DNA of 64,000 nt from an uncultured Pseudomonadales bacterium (GCA_964513845.1 CAZENT010000002.1:75916-139915), one strand, 5' to 3'. Shown: positions 9,385 through 19,149, counted from the stretch's first letter. The notes: generated from the letters alone by a model not told the origin. Numbers and translations: made by a program.

Positions 9385-9678
9385 CTAATTAATTGTATTC
9401 CAATCGATTCTTTTAGTTCCTAATGCATTTTTCTCAGGATCAACAATTACCACACCATCTCTTTCTTCTTCCCTTGCCAACTCTCTTCCTAAAGATCTAT
9501 TATTTACACGGGTTTCCCCAGAATCAGGAACAACACTCGGCATACCCTTTTTTCCAGCACTTCTGTTTTTTGCTTTCTGTTCTGCGATTGATGCCAATCT
9601 TTTCTGTTCCTGTTCTACCACAAAACTCAAAGGATTTTCACCATTTTTTATTATTTCATCATTATTCCCATTTTCCAT
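9385..9678 (-). CDS. Hypothetical protein (97 aa) between tsf and frr, where pyrH is normally found
   Basis: ORF track. No recognisable domain. Confidence 0.4.
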   Translation of the reverse strand: MENGNNDEIIKNGENPLSFVVEQEQKRLASIAEQKAKNRSAGKKGMPSVVPDSGETRVNNRSLGRELAREEERDGVVIVDPEKNALGTKRIDWNTIN

Positions 9679-9715
9679 CTATAAAAATATATCACACCTA
9701 CAAAGCACTACACAA

Positions 9716-9750
9716 ACAAAAACCCGCCTCTTCGACGGGTAATTTGCTTT
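9716..9750 (-). terminator. Intrinsic terminator downstream of tsf
   Basis: Minus-strand hairpin ACCCG-UCGAAGAG-GCGGGU followed by UUUUUGUUUG. Confidence 0.6.
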
Positions 9751-9766
9751 TAATTTCTAAAATTAT

Positions 9767-10219
9767 TTACTCTGTTCCCAGCTTAAATCTGGCAAAGCGA
9801 ATGACACGAATGTTTTCTCCGGTTTTACTGATCAGTTCTTTAACGAGTTGTTCGATTGTTTTAGCACCATCTCGAATATATGGTTGAGCCAAAAGCTCTT
9901 CTACATCCTTAGGGTTCATAGAAACAATTTGCATGGCAATTTCTTTACAAAGCCCATCAAACTCTTCTGTTTTGGCCACAAAGTCTGTTTCGCAAGCCAC
10001 TTCTACCATGGCAGCAGCCACTCCACCAAGGTGTGTATAGCAATACACTTTGCCACTTTTTACTTCACGATCTGATTTTGACTCAGCTCTTGCCAAACCC
10101 TTGGCTTGAATCAACTCGATAGCTTTCTTCATGTCGCCTTTGGCCTCTTCAAGGGCTTTCTTGGCATCCATAATTCCGGCACCTGTCTTCTCTCTTAATT
10201 CCTTGATTTGGTCCATCAT
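9767..10219 (-). CDS. tsf: Elongation factor Ts (short form)
   Basis: N-terminal UBA-like IKELREKTGAGIMDAKKALEEA and a dimerisation core. 150 aa. Confidence 0.88.
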   Translation of the reverse strand: MMDQIKELREKTGAGIMDAKKALEEAKGDMKKAIELIQAKGLARAESKSDREVKSGKVYCYTHLGGVAAAMVEVACETDFVAKTEEFDGLCKEIAMQIVSMNPKDVEELLAQPYIRDGAKTIEQLVKELISKTGENIRVIRFARFKLGTE

Positions 10220-10220
10220 A

Positions 10221-11174
10221 TTATTTTGTAGTTGTGTTAATAGTTTTTGGGGTCAAGTCCTTACGTTCTTTAAGGCCTACTTCCAAGGCTTTTCCGAAAG
10301 CGCCAATCACGATTTCCAAAGCTTTGGCGGAGTCATCATTCATAGGAACGACATAGTCAACCATATCTGGGTTAGCATTGGAATCAACCAAGCCAATTAC
10401 CAAAGCGCCACGATTGTTAGCTTCTTTCACGGCTAGTTTCTCTTTGTGGGAGTCGATAGCTACAATTACTTCAGGAGCGTCTTTGAGCATACAAATACCA
10501 CCAACAACTCTTTCCAAGCGAGCAATTTCTTTATCAAACAAAACCTGTTCTCTCTTAGTGAATTTTTTGAGCTGTCCTTGATCACGTTTAAGTTTCAAAG
10601 AGTTCAATCTATCAAGAGTCAATTTAACCTGTTTCCAGTTGGTAATCAAGCCACCCATCCAGCGCTGAGTAATAAAAGGCACGTCAATTCTCTTAGCCTC
10701 TGCTTCGAGCATGGCTTTAGCTTGTCTTTTTGTTCCCACAAGAACAATTCTTTTACCTTCAAGAGCAGCTTTGGTAAGAGCTTTACAAGCAGCGTCTAGA
10801 CCATCAGCGGTTTTTTCAAGATCAAAAATGTGAATTCCGTTCATTGCACCCCAAAGATACTTCTTCATTTTAGGATTCCATTTTTTGACCACATGGCCAA
10901 AATGGGCACCAGCTTCAAAAAGTTCTTCAATCATTGATCCGGCAACCTTCTTGGGTTCTTTTACCTCAACCTTAGCCTCTTCAACCACGTCATTGCGAGG
11001 AGTACTCTCCGTGGCAATCTCCGCGATTTTCTTTTCCTTCAATAATTTCTTGGGAGCGGCTTCCTTTTTTGCAGGAGCAACTTTCGATGCAACAACCTTC
11101 TTTGCAACGACTTTCTTAACGATTTTTACTTCTTTTTCGGTAGAAGCAACCGTTGTTTTAGCTTTTGTAGCCAT
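10221..11174 (-). CDS. rpsB: 30S ribosomal protein S2 with a ~80-aa Lys/Ala/Val-rich N-terminal extension
   Basis: Core MIEELFEAGAHFGHVVKKWNPKMKKY...VIGLVDSNANPD is canonical S2. The extension is low-complexity and basic. Confidence 0.92.
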   Translation of the reverse strand: MATKAKTTVASTEKEVKIVKKVVAKKVVASKVAPAKKEAAPKKLLKEKKIAEIATESTPRNDVVEEAKVEVKEPKKVAGSMIEELFEAGAHFGHVVKKWNPKMKKYLWGAMNGIHIFDLEKTADGLDAACKALTKAALEGKRIVLVGTKRQAKAMLEAEAKRIDVPFITQRWMGGLITNWKQVKLTLDRLNSLKLKRDQGQLKKFTKREQVLFDKEIARLERVVGGICMLKDAPEVIVAIDSHKEKLAVKEANNRGALVIGLVDSNANPDMVDYVVPMNDDSAKALEIVIGAFGKALEVGLKERKDLTPKTINTTTK

Positions 11175-11277
11175 ATTTTTTATCTCTATTTATAGTTCCG
11201 AAACTGATTAGAGATTCGTTATCGGAACAAATTAGTAATTAACCTGCCTATTTTAGCACAAACAACCACACATTTCC

Positions 11278-12867
11278 TCACCTTCTAAAAATTCCCTTTA
11301 AGAATCCCCCTCCTTGTGTTTTTTCAGAATTTAAGTCTCTTTGAGGAATCACCTTAACGTTTATCTTAATTTGATAATCTTCCAGAATATCATTAACCAT
11401 TAAAGCTGCAGCATCTAGTTCATTCCCCTCGTCAATAGCCAAAATCCATTCATTGTGATCAAAATAGAATCTTCCCCATGAACACACCTCCAAACTTTCA
11501 ATTGAGAGATCTACACCCGACATCGATTTTCGGATAATAAAAATAGAATTTTCACTTCCAGTAAAGTCTTTAATCTCTTTATCAATTACCTGATCAATTT
11601 CAATATCTTTTCTATTCAAACCACATAACCTAATTTTCTGATCCAACAATGCTTCAATAATTGTTCTACCCTCATATTCAATCAGACCTTCCCCTATTTT
11701 ACCTTCAGACCTTACCAACTTAAGCATTTCAAATGAAGAATTTTTATCAGGTTTTTCTGCCAAAAATTCTGCAATTTTTTCTCCATTCGCAATATCACTC
11801 ACACCTTCGATACCAAAGCCGGGAGCTCTCAACTCATGAGGAAATCGTCTCATCCATATATCCATCATTCTCATCAGTTCAGATAAGTATCTTGTTTGCT
11901 TGGCCATCTCACTGGTAATCATATTTCTTTGGCTATCTCTTTTTTCATCAAAATTTGCAACGTCAATTTCAGTTGCTGTTTGCTCCGCCGGATGTTGATA
12001 CTCAATTGGAACAGACACAATTCTTCTTTTCTTAGCTAACAAATAAGCAATCGGTGCATATGCCGCATCAAAGTACATTTTTGGATTCGTTTTTGTCTCC
12101 CCAGAAACTACGGTGTGCTTCTGATAGAAATCCTCCAAAATTTCCGGATCATTCTTAATAACTCTTGTACCACCAAACAAATCAAGTACTGGATCTTTTG
12201 CATTTTTCAAGTGCGCCGACACCAATAATTTATCCAGTATTTTATTTGCCCACGTCTCAGAATACGCTTGATAAGGAGGATAACCACGAAAGTCCTCTCC
12301 TTCTTCTTTAACGTGAGGATCTTTTTTTGATGTGTTTATTTTAATACCTCGTTCTGGCACAACCATATCGGCCGAACCATCAAGAATTGGCCTAACCAGT
12401 TTTTCGACATTTTCAGTTATCCCCGTCTTTTCTATTTCCATCATTACAATGGCTTTCACGCCTTCTTCACGCAAATTTTCAGCCCTTTTCAGAGCTTGTC
12501 TTCGAGAACCGCTATAACCCCTATCTGTTTCCGGTTCAACTATAAGATCATGGATTTGTATATTTTCATCAACAGCATCGGCTTTAACTTCAGCAGAAAT
12601 TTCTTTCAATCGATTTACAAAATCTTCAGAACTTCCACCATCAACGATAACTACTCTACAGCCTTTTTTTAAAGCCATTTTGATTGACTCTATTGCCAAA
12701 TCTCCCCTCACCTGTTCGGCATTGGTTTTATCTCCACCTTCTCGTTTCCAGGTTTTCATGAAAGTCGTACTCGCCAAACACACACTCTCTGGGTGTTCCA
12801 ATCTCTCACCCACTTCTTTTTTATTATCTAAGTCAAATTCGTTTATTGATTCTGCCATATTACTCAT
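11278..12867 (-). CDS. Hypothetical 529-aa protein; the N-terminal VVIVDGGSSEDF segment is reminiscent of the GT-A glycosyltransferase 'DDGS' motif
   Basis: ORF track. Only weak motif-level resemblance; function unknown. Confidence 0.45.
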   Translation of the reverse strand: MSNMAESINEFDLDNKKEVGERLEHPESVCLASTTFMKTWKREGGDKTNAEQVRGDLAIESIKMALKKGCRVVIVDGGSSEDFVNRLKEISAEVKADAVDENIQIHDLIVEPETDRGYSGSRRQALKRAENLREEGVKAIVMMEIEKTGITENVEKLVRPILDGSADMVVPERGIKINTSKKDPHVKEEGEDFRGYPPYQAYSETWANKILDKLLVSAHLKNAKDPVLDLFGGTRVIKNDPEILEDFYQKHTVVSGETKTNPKMYFDAAYAPIAYLLAKKRRIVSVPIEYQHPAEQTATEIDVANFDEKRDSQRNMITSEMAKQTRYLSELMRMMDIWMRRFPHELRAPGFGIEGVSDIANGEKIAEFLAEKPDKNSSFEMLKLVRSEGKIGEGLIEYEGRTIIEALLDQKIRLCGLNRKDIEIDQVIDKEIKDFTGSENSIFIIRKSMSGVDLSIESLEVCSWGRFYFDHNEWILAIDEGNELDAAALMVNDILEDYQIKINVKVIPQRDLNSEKTQGGGFLKGIFRR

Positions 12868-13017
12868 CCTAGCAAATTTACAGGCATCACGCTAACTACT
12901 TTAACTAACAATAAATCTCTGTTATTGCCTATAGTATTTACTAATTTACTATTTTGTGTTAAAATCCCGCAAGAAAAGTCACACCTTAAAAATATATTTC
13001 GTCCCTAGGAGAAAATA

Positions 13018-13365
13018 ATGAAAAGATCCGTTGCCGTTGTTCTTCTTTTGGTAATTATTGCTGGTATTTGGGCATTATTTGCCCTCACCAACCTTCCTCA
13101 ACTGTTAAACACAAAGAGCTCTCCTGTCCTATTCACCTACGATGACACAAGTGTCACTCTTGCCACATTATTGTGGCTGGCACTAATCATTCCCGCGTGG
13201 ATTGGACTTATCGCTTTAGGTTACTCGATAGATCCAATTCTAGGATACTATATCTTCAGAATTGGCTACTATCTCATCATGATCATTTTGTTAAGACAAA
13301 AAGATTCAGACAGTTCATCATCACGCAGTGGATCTGGCAGTGGTCGGTCTGGTCGTGGTAGCTAA
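13018..13365 (+). CDS. Small membrane protein with C-terminal SGSGSGRSGRGS tail
   Basis: Two or three TM helices. Its tail matches the tail of the downstream TPM protein at the protein level but not the nucleotide level. Confidence 0.5.
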   Translation: MKRSVAVVLLLVIIAGIWALFALTNLPQLLNTKSSPVLFTYDDTSVTLATLLWLALIIPAWIGLIALGYSIDPILGYYIFRIGYYLIMIILLRQKDSDSSSSRSGSGSGRSGRGS

Positions 13366-13387
13366 CAATTTTTCCAAAGGAGTAAAA

Positions 13388-14392
13388 ATGAAACGTTCAG
13401 CTCTCTCTCTGATATTGATCGCAATTATCGCGATTGTGGCGCTTGCCGCACCGATTAACCCGGTTTCGGCCAATATAGACCAACAAGACAAAAATTGGTG
13501 TGGTAATGGTAGTGAAGCTGACAATTATGGCTTTACCTATGATTACAGCCAACCTCATTGGACTGTTGGAAACAACTTAGTTTCGGAACAAACAATGGTC
13601 GATATTGATGTCATTTTGGACGAGCTTAATGCCGACCAACTGGCTCAAACCATGATCCTTGTTCTGCCGGAAGACCAAGTTGGTATTCCTGTAAACTGCG
13701 CCGTTCATTTTCTGCGATACATGGAACTCGGCCTGGTCGATGGGCCACACGCAGACAATGGTTTCAGTTTTCTCTTTATTGTCGGCGACGGTAAGATTGA
13801 TGTTCACTACGGTGTCGGACTTGGATTACCAGCTCTCACCGCTCAGAACCTCACCCCACTGAACCGACTGGCAGAAGAAAAATATAAAGAAACCCAATCT
13901 CTCGATACCGCAATTTTGGAAACAATCAAGGCCTACGACATCTACGTTCGTAGTGAATACGCGGTGTCACCTACACCCACAGCTGTTCCCCCTGTAGTTG
14001 CAGCACCTCAAACAAGTCCCAAAAAATCTCCTGCATCCATTGCCTTTTTATGTTTGGGAATCTTGGGTATTTTTCTTTTTATCGGACTGGTAATCTATAT
14101 CATCGCAAAAAAGAAAAGCGACAACGAGTATACGCCGACTTATTATTCCCCTTCAAATGACGGAGGATCTACAATCTACTCGTCATATGCTCCAAGCTCG
14201 CCAAGTACATACACTCGTCCCAGCTCATCTTCAGATGACGATGATAGTAGTAGTCGCCCCAGTCCCTCTTCCGGTAATTCATATCGCCCTTCAACCCCAA
14301 GTCGCCCTACATTCACAGCCCCCAGTCGTCCACCAAGTTCGCCACCTACTCGCGGTGGATCAGGAAGTGGCCGTAGCGGTCGAGGTGGATAG
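13388..14392 (+). CDS. TPM-domain (YgcG/TLP18.3-like) protein: signal peptide, TPM domain, TM helix, Ser/Pro/Gly-rich tail
   Basis: Start at MKRSALSLILIA. Region DIDVILDELNADQLAQTMILVLPE...FIVGDGKIDVHYGVG is TPM-like, followed by a TM helix and a tail ending GGSGSGRSGRGG. Precedes lemA. Confidence 0.6.
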   Translation: MKRSALSLILIAIIAIVALAAPINPVSANIDQQDKNWCGNGSEADNYGFTYDYSQPHWTVGNNLVSEQTMVDIDVILDELNADQLAQTMILVLPEDQVGIPVNCAVHFLRYMELGLVDGPHADNGFSFLFIVGDGKIDVHYGVGLGLPALTAQNLTPLNRLAEEKYKETQSLDTAILETIKAYDIYVRSEYAVSPTPTAVPPVVAAPQTSPKKSPASIAFLCLGILGIFLFIGLVIYIIAKKKSDNEYTPTYYSPSNDGGSTIYSSYAPSSPSTYTRPSSSSDDDDSSSRPSPSSGNSYRPSTPSRPTFTAPSRPPSSPPTRGGSGSGRSGRGG

Positions 14393-14410
14393 TAAAAGTT
14401 TTAAATCAAA

Positions 14411-14435
14411 CCTTCCCTAACGGGAAGGTTTTTTC
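14411..14435 (+). terminator. Intrinsic terminator after the TPM gene
   Basis: ccttccc-taac-gggaagg hairpin followed by tttttt. Confidence 0.7.
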
Positions 14436-14458
14436 TTGACAATTTACATCCCATAGTC

Positions 14459-14487
14459 TTGACAGTCAATCTATTACATGTTAATAT
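14459..14487 (+). promoter_or_regulatory. Near-consensus sigma70-type promoter for lemA
   Basis: TTGACA (14459-14464), 17-nt spacer, TAATAT (14482-14487). RBS AAAAGGAG sits before ATG 14540. Confidence 0.6.
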
Positions 14488-14539
14488 ACCCAAGTTTAAA
14501 AAACTGAACCTGAAAATTTGATTTAAAAAAGGAGAAAGT

Positions 14540-15241
14540 ATGATCAAAATTTCCCGTGTTTTTTCTTTTGTTCTGGTGATTATCACCCTGGTGATGTCCT
14601 TTACTGGCTGTAGTCCCGTTGTGGACGCCAGCAAAAAACTCATTGCCGAACGCGATCAACTTGTTGCTTTGGCTCAAGGTGTACAGGCATCCGTATCGAA
14701 CTTCAACCTTGTACGAGACACTCAGTACGCAAAAATCACCATGAGCAACACTGTTGCTCAAAATTATTACGAGTCCGTAGCTCAGTCTGGAGAGGTCTGG
14801 ACAGGAAACTTCCGGTCAGAACAGGCAGCTCTCGAGAAAGCAATTGCCAATTCCCAGCAATATGTGGGTGGCGATCCAACAAAACCTGATCTGGCCGCCC
14901 TGGCTGCAAGTGGAGGTTTACCCTCGGACACTGGAGCGGCATTCTCCTTGTTTGTCAACAGCGTAGTTCAGGCACCTCCTCCGGTTCCAGACCCAGCCGT
15001 TACTATGGCAGTCATCGATACCTGTAACGAAGCCATGAACACGCTTCAACTCGCTGGAACGGACAGTAACGACGCAGTACGTGCCTACAACACTCTTCGA
15101 TCCTCGGTCTCCGGCGAAGTTGTCGCCGCGGCATCCGAGATCATCGGTTTCCCCCTGCCAGATAACTTCCCATACTATCAAGGTGCGTCTGTGGGACAGC
15201 CAATCACAGACCCTCTAAAAGTACCATCAACCACACCCTAA
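14540..15241 (+). CDS. lemA: LemA-family lipoprotein/membrane protein
   Basis: N-terminal TM with lipobox-like FTGCS. C-terminal AVRAYNTLRSSVSGEVVAAASEIIGFPLPDNFPYY matches the LemA C-terminal signature (YN..V..FP). Paired with the TPM protein. Confidence 0.7.
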   Translation: MIKISRVFSFVLVIITLVMSFTGCSPVVDASKKLIAERDQLVALAQGVQASVSNFNLVRDTQYAKITMSNTVAQNYYESVAQSGEVWTGNFRSEQAALEKAIANSQQYVGGDPTKPDLAALAASGGLPSDTGAAFSLFVNSVVQAPPPVPDPAVTMAVIDTCNEAMNTLQLAGTDSNDAVRAYNTLRSSVSGEVVAAASEIIGFPLPDNFPYYQGASVGQPITDPLKVPSTTP

Positions 15242-15270
15242 TTTTTGTAAAGAAATAAAAAGGAGATAGT

Positions 15271-15621
15271 ATGCAAATTCAACTCGGGACTCTCATAGTT
15301 ATGGGTGTCTTTATGGTGATCCTGGGGGTGATCACATTTTTCGCATTCAATACTCCCCCCATGCGTTGTCCTGGACACAGTATCCTTTTAAAGAAAGGTT
15401 ATCAGGTAAAATACCTGGGGAAGCGAGGGGTCGAAAATGTGTCAGTTTATGATTACCAAGACCTGGCCAGATACGACCCCAAGGTCTGGGAAATCAAGAA
15501 ACAAAAAGCCTCTGTGGCACGTATTATTGCCGTGAATGAATCGGCAATATATTTCCAGATGAATGGAGATGATCAAAACATCATCGAAATTATGATGGAG
15601 ATAGCTGCAAAGCGTCTGTAA
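15271..15621 (+). CDS. Hypothetical small membrane protein (116 aa)
   Basis: N-terminal TM helix. ORF track. Confidence 0.45.
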   Translation: MQIQLGTLIVMGVFMVILGVITFFAFNTPPMRCPGHSILLKKGYQVKYLGKRGVENVSVYDYQDLARYDPKVWEIKKQKASVARIIAVNESAIYFQMNGDDQNIIEIMMEIAAKRL

Positions 15622-15637
15622 ACAATTATTTCTAATC

Positions 15638-15667
15638 AAAACCCGCCCTAATCCGGCGGGTTTTTCT
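15638..15667. terminator. Bidirectional intrinsic terminator between 15271..15621 (+) and folD (-)
   Basis: cccgcc-ctaat-ccggcggg hairpin with a T-run on the plus strand and an A-run (T-run on minus) flanking. Confidence 0.7.
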
Positions 15668-15691
15668 ATACAGTCCGTCTTCGACGGATAC

Positions 15692-16447
15692 CTATATATC
15701 CGCCAAGTTCTCAAACAAACTCACTATAGTCAAAGGACCCACACCCCCAGGCACAGGTGTAATCATCAAAGCTTTCTCATAAGCATCGGAAGAAAAATCT
15801 CCTTTAGGATATCCCAAATCAATCCCCACGAAACCATCGGCCACCATTTCTCCTTTAATTAGTCCTTCCGCTCCGGTCGATCCTATAATCACTTCGTACT
15901 TTGCCAAATCTTTTAAATCATCTCCCTTGTCCAACCCAGTTACCAGATAGTCCAACTGTTTCAAACGTGGTACCATTTTTTTTCCAACTTCACCCAAAGC
16001 CCCAACAACTGCAATTGGCTGTTCCTCATCAACATTAAATATTTCCAGAACTCTCTCCACTGCCCCAACAACTGCCGGAATGAACCTAGATTTCGGGTTT
16101 AATCCGTCTATGTCCTTCGCAGGGTTGATTGAGGACAAAATTTGCTCAGTTTCCTCTTTACTGGCTCCTAGTATTGGCAGTTGTACCAACAAACTATCGA
16201 CCGTCTCATCAACATTTGCCTCTTCAATCATTTCCCTTAAATCTTCCTTGTTCTTGGCCATAGCGACTGTTACCAAAACCCCCAGCCTCTCCCCCATCTC
16301 TCTTTTCAAGCGAACATAGGTACTTTCTTCAGCATGTCCATCGCACTGCAAAATCAATAGGCTTTTCCCCATTAATTTCTCGGACTCTTCCAAAAATTTA
16401 GCTATCTTTTCTGCTTCTTTTTTTCCGTCTAGGACTAGCTTGGGCAT
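15692..16447 (-). CDS. folD: Bifunctional methylenetetrahydrofolate dehydrogenase/cyclohydrolase
   Basis: PVPGGVGPLT motif, DVDG region, NAD(P)-binding segment. 251 aa. Confidence 0.9.
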   Translation of the reverse strand: MPKLVLDGKKEAEKIAKFLEESEKLMGKSLLILQCDGHAEESTYVRLKREMGERLGVLVTVAMAKNKEDLREMIEEANVDETVDSLLVQLPILGASKEETEQILSSINPAKDIDGLNPKSRFIPAVVGAVERVLEIFNVDEEQPIAVVGALGEVGKKMVPRLKQLDYLVTGLDKGDDLKDLAKYEVIIGSTGAEGLIKGEMVADGFVGIDLGYPKGDFSSDAYEKALMITPVPGGVGPLTIVSLFENLADI

Positions 16448-17646
16448 GGATATTTTCTACAAATTTCTAATACTTCTTTTTTGATAATATCAGGATTTTC
16501 ACCCCCAAACACTCTCAAAATTAAGCTCGCGATATGTTTCATTTCCGACTCCCCCATTCCCCTGGTTGTTACAGCGGGAGTTCCCAAACGTATTCCGGAC
16601 GGTTTCATCGGGCTGCCCAAATCTCCCGGAACAGTATTGGCGTTAACCACAATCCCCGCGTCTTCAAGCTTTACAGACATCTCTTTGCCTTTTTCCATCC
16701 CCACCTCGACCAATATCAAGTGATTCTCGGTTCCAAAAACTTTCAAGCCTCCCATGCGAAGCTCGTTGGCCAGCACTTTGGCATTTTTTAATATCTGATT
16801 TGCGTACTCTCCAAACTCTCTAGTTTCCGCTTCGGCAAAAGCTACTGCCATACCCGCAATCGCATTCATATGAGGACCGCCTTGAAGTCCTGGAAAAACA
16901 ACCTTATCAATCTTCGAATCCAGCGACTCATCTTTCTCCAAACCATTGTTTGTTACCCCTATAAAAGCTCCCCTGGGGCCTCGTAGTGACTTGTGGGTCG
17001 TGCTAGTCACAATATGGGCATAATCAGCAGGATTCTCAATAGCCTCACCCGCCACTAGGCCTGCAATATGGCTAATGTCAGCCACCAAAAAAGCGCCCAC
17101 AGTATCCGCAATCTTGGCAAATCTATTCCAATCAATATTCCAAGGATAAGCTGTCGTTCCGGCAAAGATTAATATTGGCTTCTCTTTCATCACCAGCTGA
17201 GCCAAAGCATCGTAATCAATTTTTCCCTCGTCAGTCACTCCATACTGCACGCTTTTAAACCACTTACCGGACACGCTCACCCGATGTCCATGAGTCAAAT
17301 GTCCCCCAGCCGAGAGTTCCATTCCACAAATTGTCTCTCCAGGCTCTACCAAGGCCAATAAAACAGCCAAGTTTGCCGGACTGCCGGAGTAAGGCTGTAC
17401 GTTTATATGCTCTAGTTTAAAAAGTTTCTTGCCTCGCTCAATTGCCAAGTTCTCCACCTCGTCCATTACTTCATTGCCCTGGTAATATCGTCTTCCCGGA
17501 TACCCTTCGGCATACTTATTTGCCATCACCGAACCCACAGCCTCTCGCACTGCCTTACTGGCATAATTCTCAGACGGTATCAGAGAGATCGTTTCAGACT
17601 GTCTTTTGGCCTCTTTGTCTATCAATTCAAAAATCAAATCGTTCAT
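16435..17646 (-). CDS. glyA: Serine hydroxymethyltransferase
   Basis: SLIPSENYASKAVREA..., PLP-lysine region TTHKSLRGPRG. 403 aa. Confidence 0.95.
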   Translation of the reverse strand: MNDLIFELIDKEAKRQSETISLIPSENYASKAVREAVGSVMANKYAEGYPGRRYYQGNEVMDEVENLAIERGKKLFKLEHINVQPYSGSPANLAVLLALVEPGETICGMELSAGGHLTHGHRVSVSGKWFKSVQYGVTDEGKIDYDALAQLVMKEKPILIFAGTTAYPWNIDWNRFAKIADTVGAFLVADISHIAGLVAGEAIENPADYAHIVTSTTHKSLRGPRGAFIGVTNNGLEKDESLDSKIDKVVFPGLQGGPHMNAIAGMAVAFAEAETREFGEYANQILKNAKVLANELRMGGLKVFGTENHLILVEVGMEKGKEMSVKLEDAGIVVNANTVPGDLGSPMKPSGIRLGTPAVTTRGMGESEMKHIASLILRVFGGENPDIIKKEVLEICRKYPCPS

Positions 17647-17779
17647 CCCTTAATTTTAACCTAATTTATCATAAGCATAATTCTCAATTAGTTTACCTAT
17701 AGTGTAGCTATTTGAACCTAAGTATGCTAAAATGCGCCATAACTTCAAACTCATCTGTTCATTAATAAAGGAGGCCGAA

Positions 17780-19108
17780 ATGGCCAAAAAGGTATTAATC
17801 TCCCAAACGAGGTACGTTGACCCTAAAAAGGTTGGCACTCATGCTCCAGCTGGTACAACCAAAATTCATGTAGGCACCAAAGATGCCCACTGGACATGTA
17901 ATAGTTGCGGACAAACAGAAATTGATGGCAACATCAAAATCTGCCCAAGTTGTGGCAATCCCAAGGACAGTTCGGAGACATACGAACCTTCTCCTGACAG
18001 CCACCCCTATCTCACTCAAAAAGAGCTTGATAATCGTGGCGTTGACACGGATCATGGTTCTGATGAAGAGTGTCCTTATTGCAGCGCCAAGATCGCCCCA
18101 AAAACTGAGGTTTGCCCCAATTGCGGTGGCACCATTAAAGATGTTGGGAAAACACAACGAGTTTGTCCCAGCTGTTCTCGCGAAACCAACTCCTTAATTT
18201 GCGGGAACTGTGGAGAAAAAACTGTATTCAAAACAACACCAACAACACATTCCTCCGACCAACCAACGTCCATAAAGTTTCCAATTATTTCCAACTATTC
18301 AGTCTCGACCATTGAAAATAAGCCAAACAACAAAAGTCTTTTCTTAAAAATTGGCGCAGGCTTTATCATTTTGGTTGTCGTTATTTATGCCCTTATCGCC
18401 ATTTTTTCCCCCAAAGAAAAAACTGGTGTGGTCGTTTCCAACAGTTGGTCGTGTTCAATTCCCTTGGTGGAATATCAATACAACCAACACGAAGACTGGT
18501 CAATCCCAACTGGCGGAGACTATATTTCCGAAAGTGAGGAAATACACCATTACGATTCTGTGTACGATTACACCAATCCCAATTGTCAAGATATATGGGA
18601 AGTTGTTGGTTCACACAACGAAAACGTCACCCAGCAAGTTTGTAAAAATGTACCAGTCTACGTTGATTCAACGAAAGATTGTTACGATGACGGAACATGT
18701 GATTACACGGACATCTACGAAGATGAGCTCGTGTGCGAAAACGTCACTAGTCTCATGCCAGTTGACGATTACGGCTGGGTAGAGCACTGCAACCCCATCA
18801 TTGTCAACAAAGATGTTCCTGTAAAACAGGCTTACTACGTCTACAAAATCTGGGAATGGGTTCCAATTCAACCCTCGGTATCATCGGGAACTGATAATAC
18901 AATTATCTGTCCTGTAATCCAAGAAACAGAAACAATCATACAATCATCAGGCCCAATGATTACTTGTCAAACAAATATTCTGGTTGACGAGAAACAACGA
19001 ACAATCAAGCCTGACTGTTCAGCAGTGTTTCCCTATTTGGTTACTGGCTCCGAATGGAAGGTTACGATGTCCGGACCAATCATCCAGAAAATCGAAGCAC
19101 TTCAATAA
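17780..19108 (+). CDS. Multi-zinc-ribbon membrane protein: cytoplasmic N-terminus with at least three CxxC...CxxC pairs, one TM helix, Cys-rich extracytoplasmic domain
   Basis: Starts MAKKVLISQ. CNSCG/CPSCG, CPYCS/CPNCG and CPSCS/CGNCG zinc-ribbon pairs, TM FLKIGAGFIILVVVIYALIAIF, and a C-terminal domain with more than 12 Cys. Confidence 0.6.
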   Translation: MAKKVLISQTRYVDPKKVGTHAPAGTTKIHVGTKDAHWTCNSCGQTEIDGNIKICPSCGNPKDSSETYEPSPDSHPYLTQKELDNRGVDTDHGSDEECPYCSAKIAPKTEVCPNCGGTIKDVGKTQRVCPSCSRETNSLICGNCGEKTVFKTTPTTHSSDQPTSIKFPIISNYSVSTIENKPNNKSLFLKIGAGFIILVVVIYALIAIFSPKEKTGVVVSNSWSCSIPLVEYQYNQHEDWSIPTGGDYISESEEIHHYDSVYDYTNPNCQDIWEVVGSHNENVTQQVCKNVPVYVDSTKDCYDDGTCDYTDIYEDELVCENVTSLMPVDDYGWVEHCNPIIVNKDVPVKQAYYVYKIWEWVPIQPSVSSGTDNTIICPVIQETETIIQSSGPMITCQTNILVDEKQRTIKPDCSAVFPYLVTGSEWKVTMSGPIIQKIEALQ

Positions 19109-19116
19109 AATCACCA

Positions 19117-19149
19117 ATCCCCGTCTCACAAGAGGCGGGGATTTTTTTA
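19117..19149. terminator. Intrinsic terminator, usable by both the 17780 gene (+) and tmk (-)
   Basis: tccccgtctc-acaa-gaggcgggga hairpin followed by ttttttt. Confidence 0.65.
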
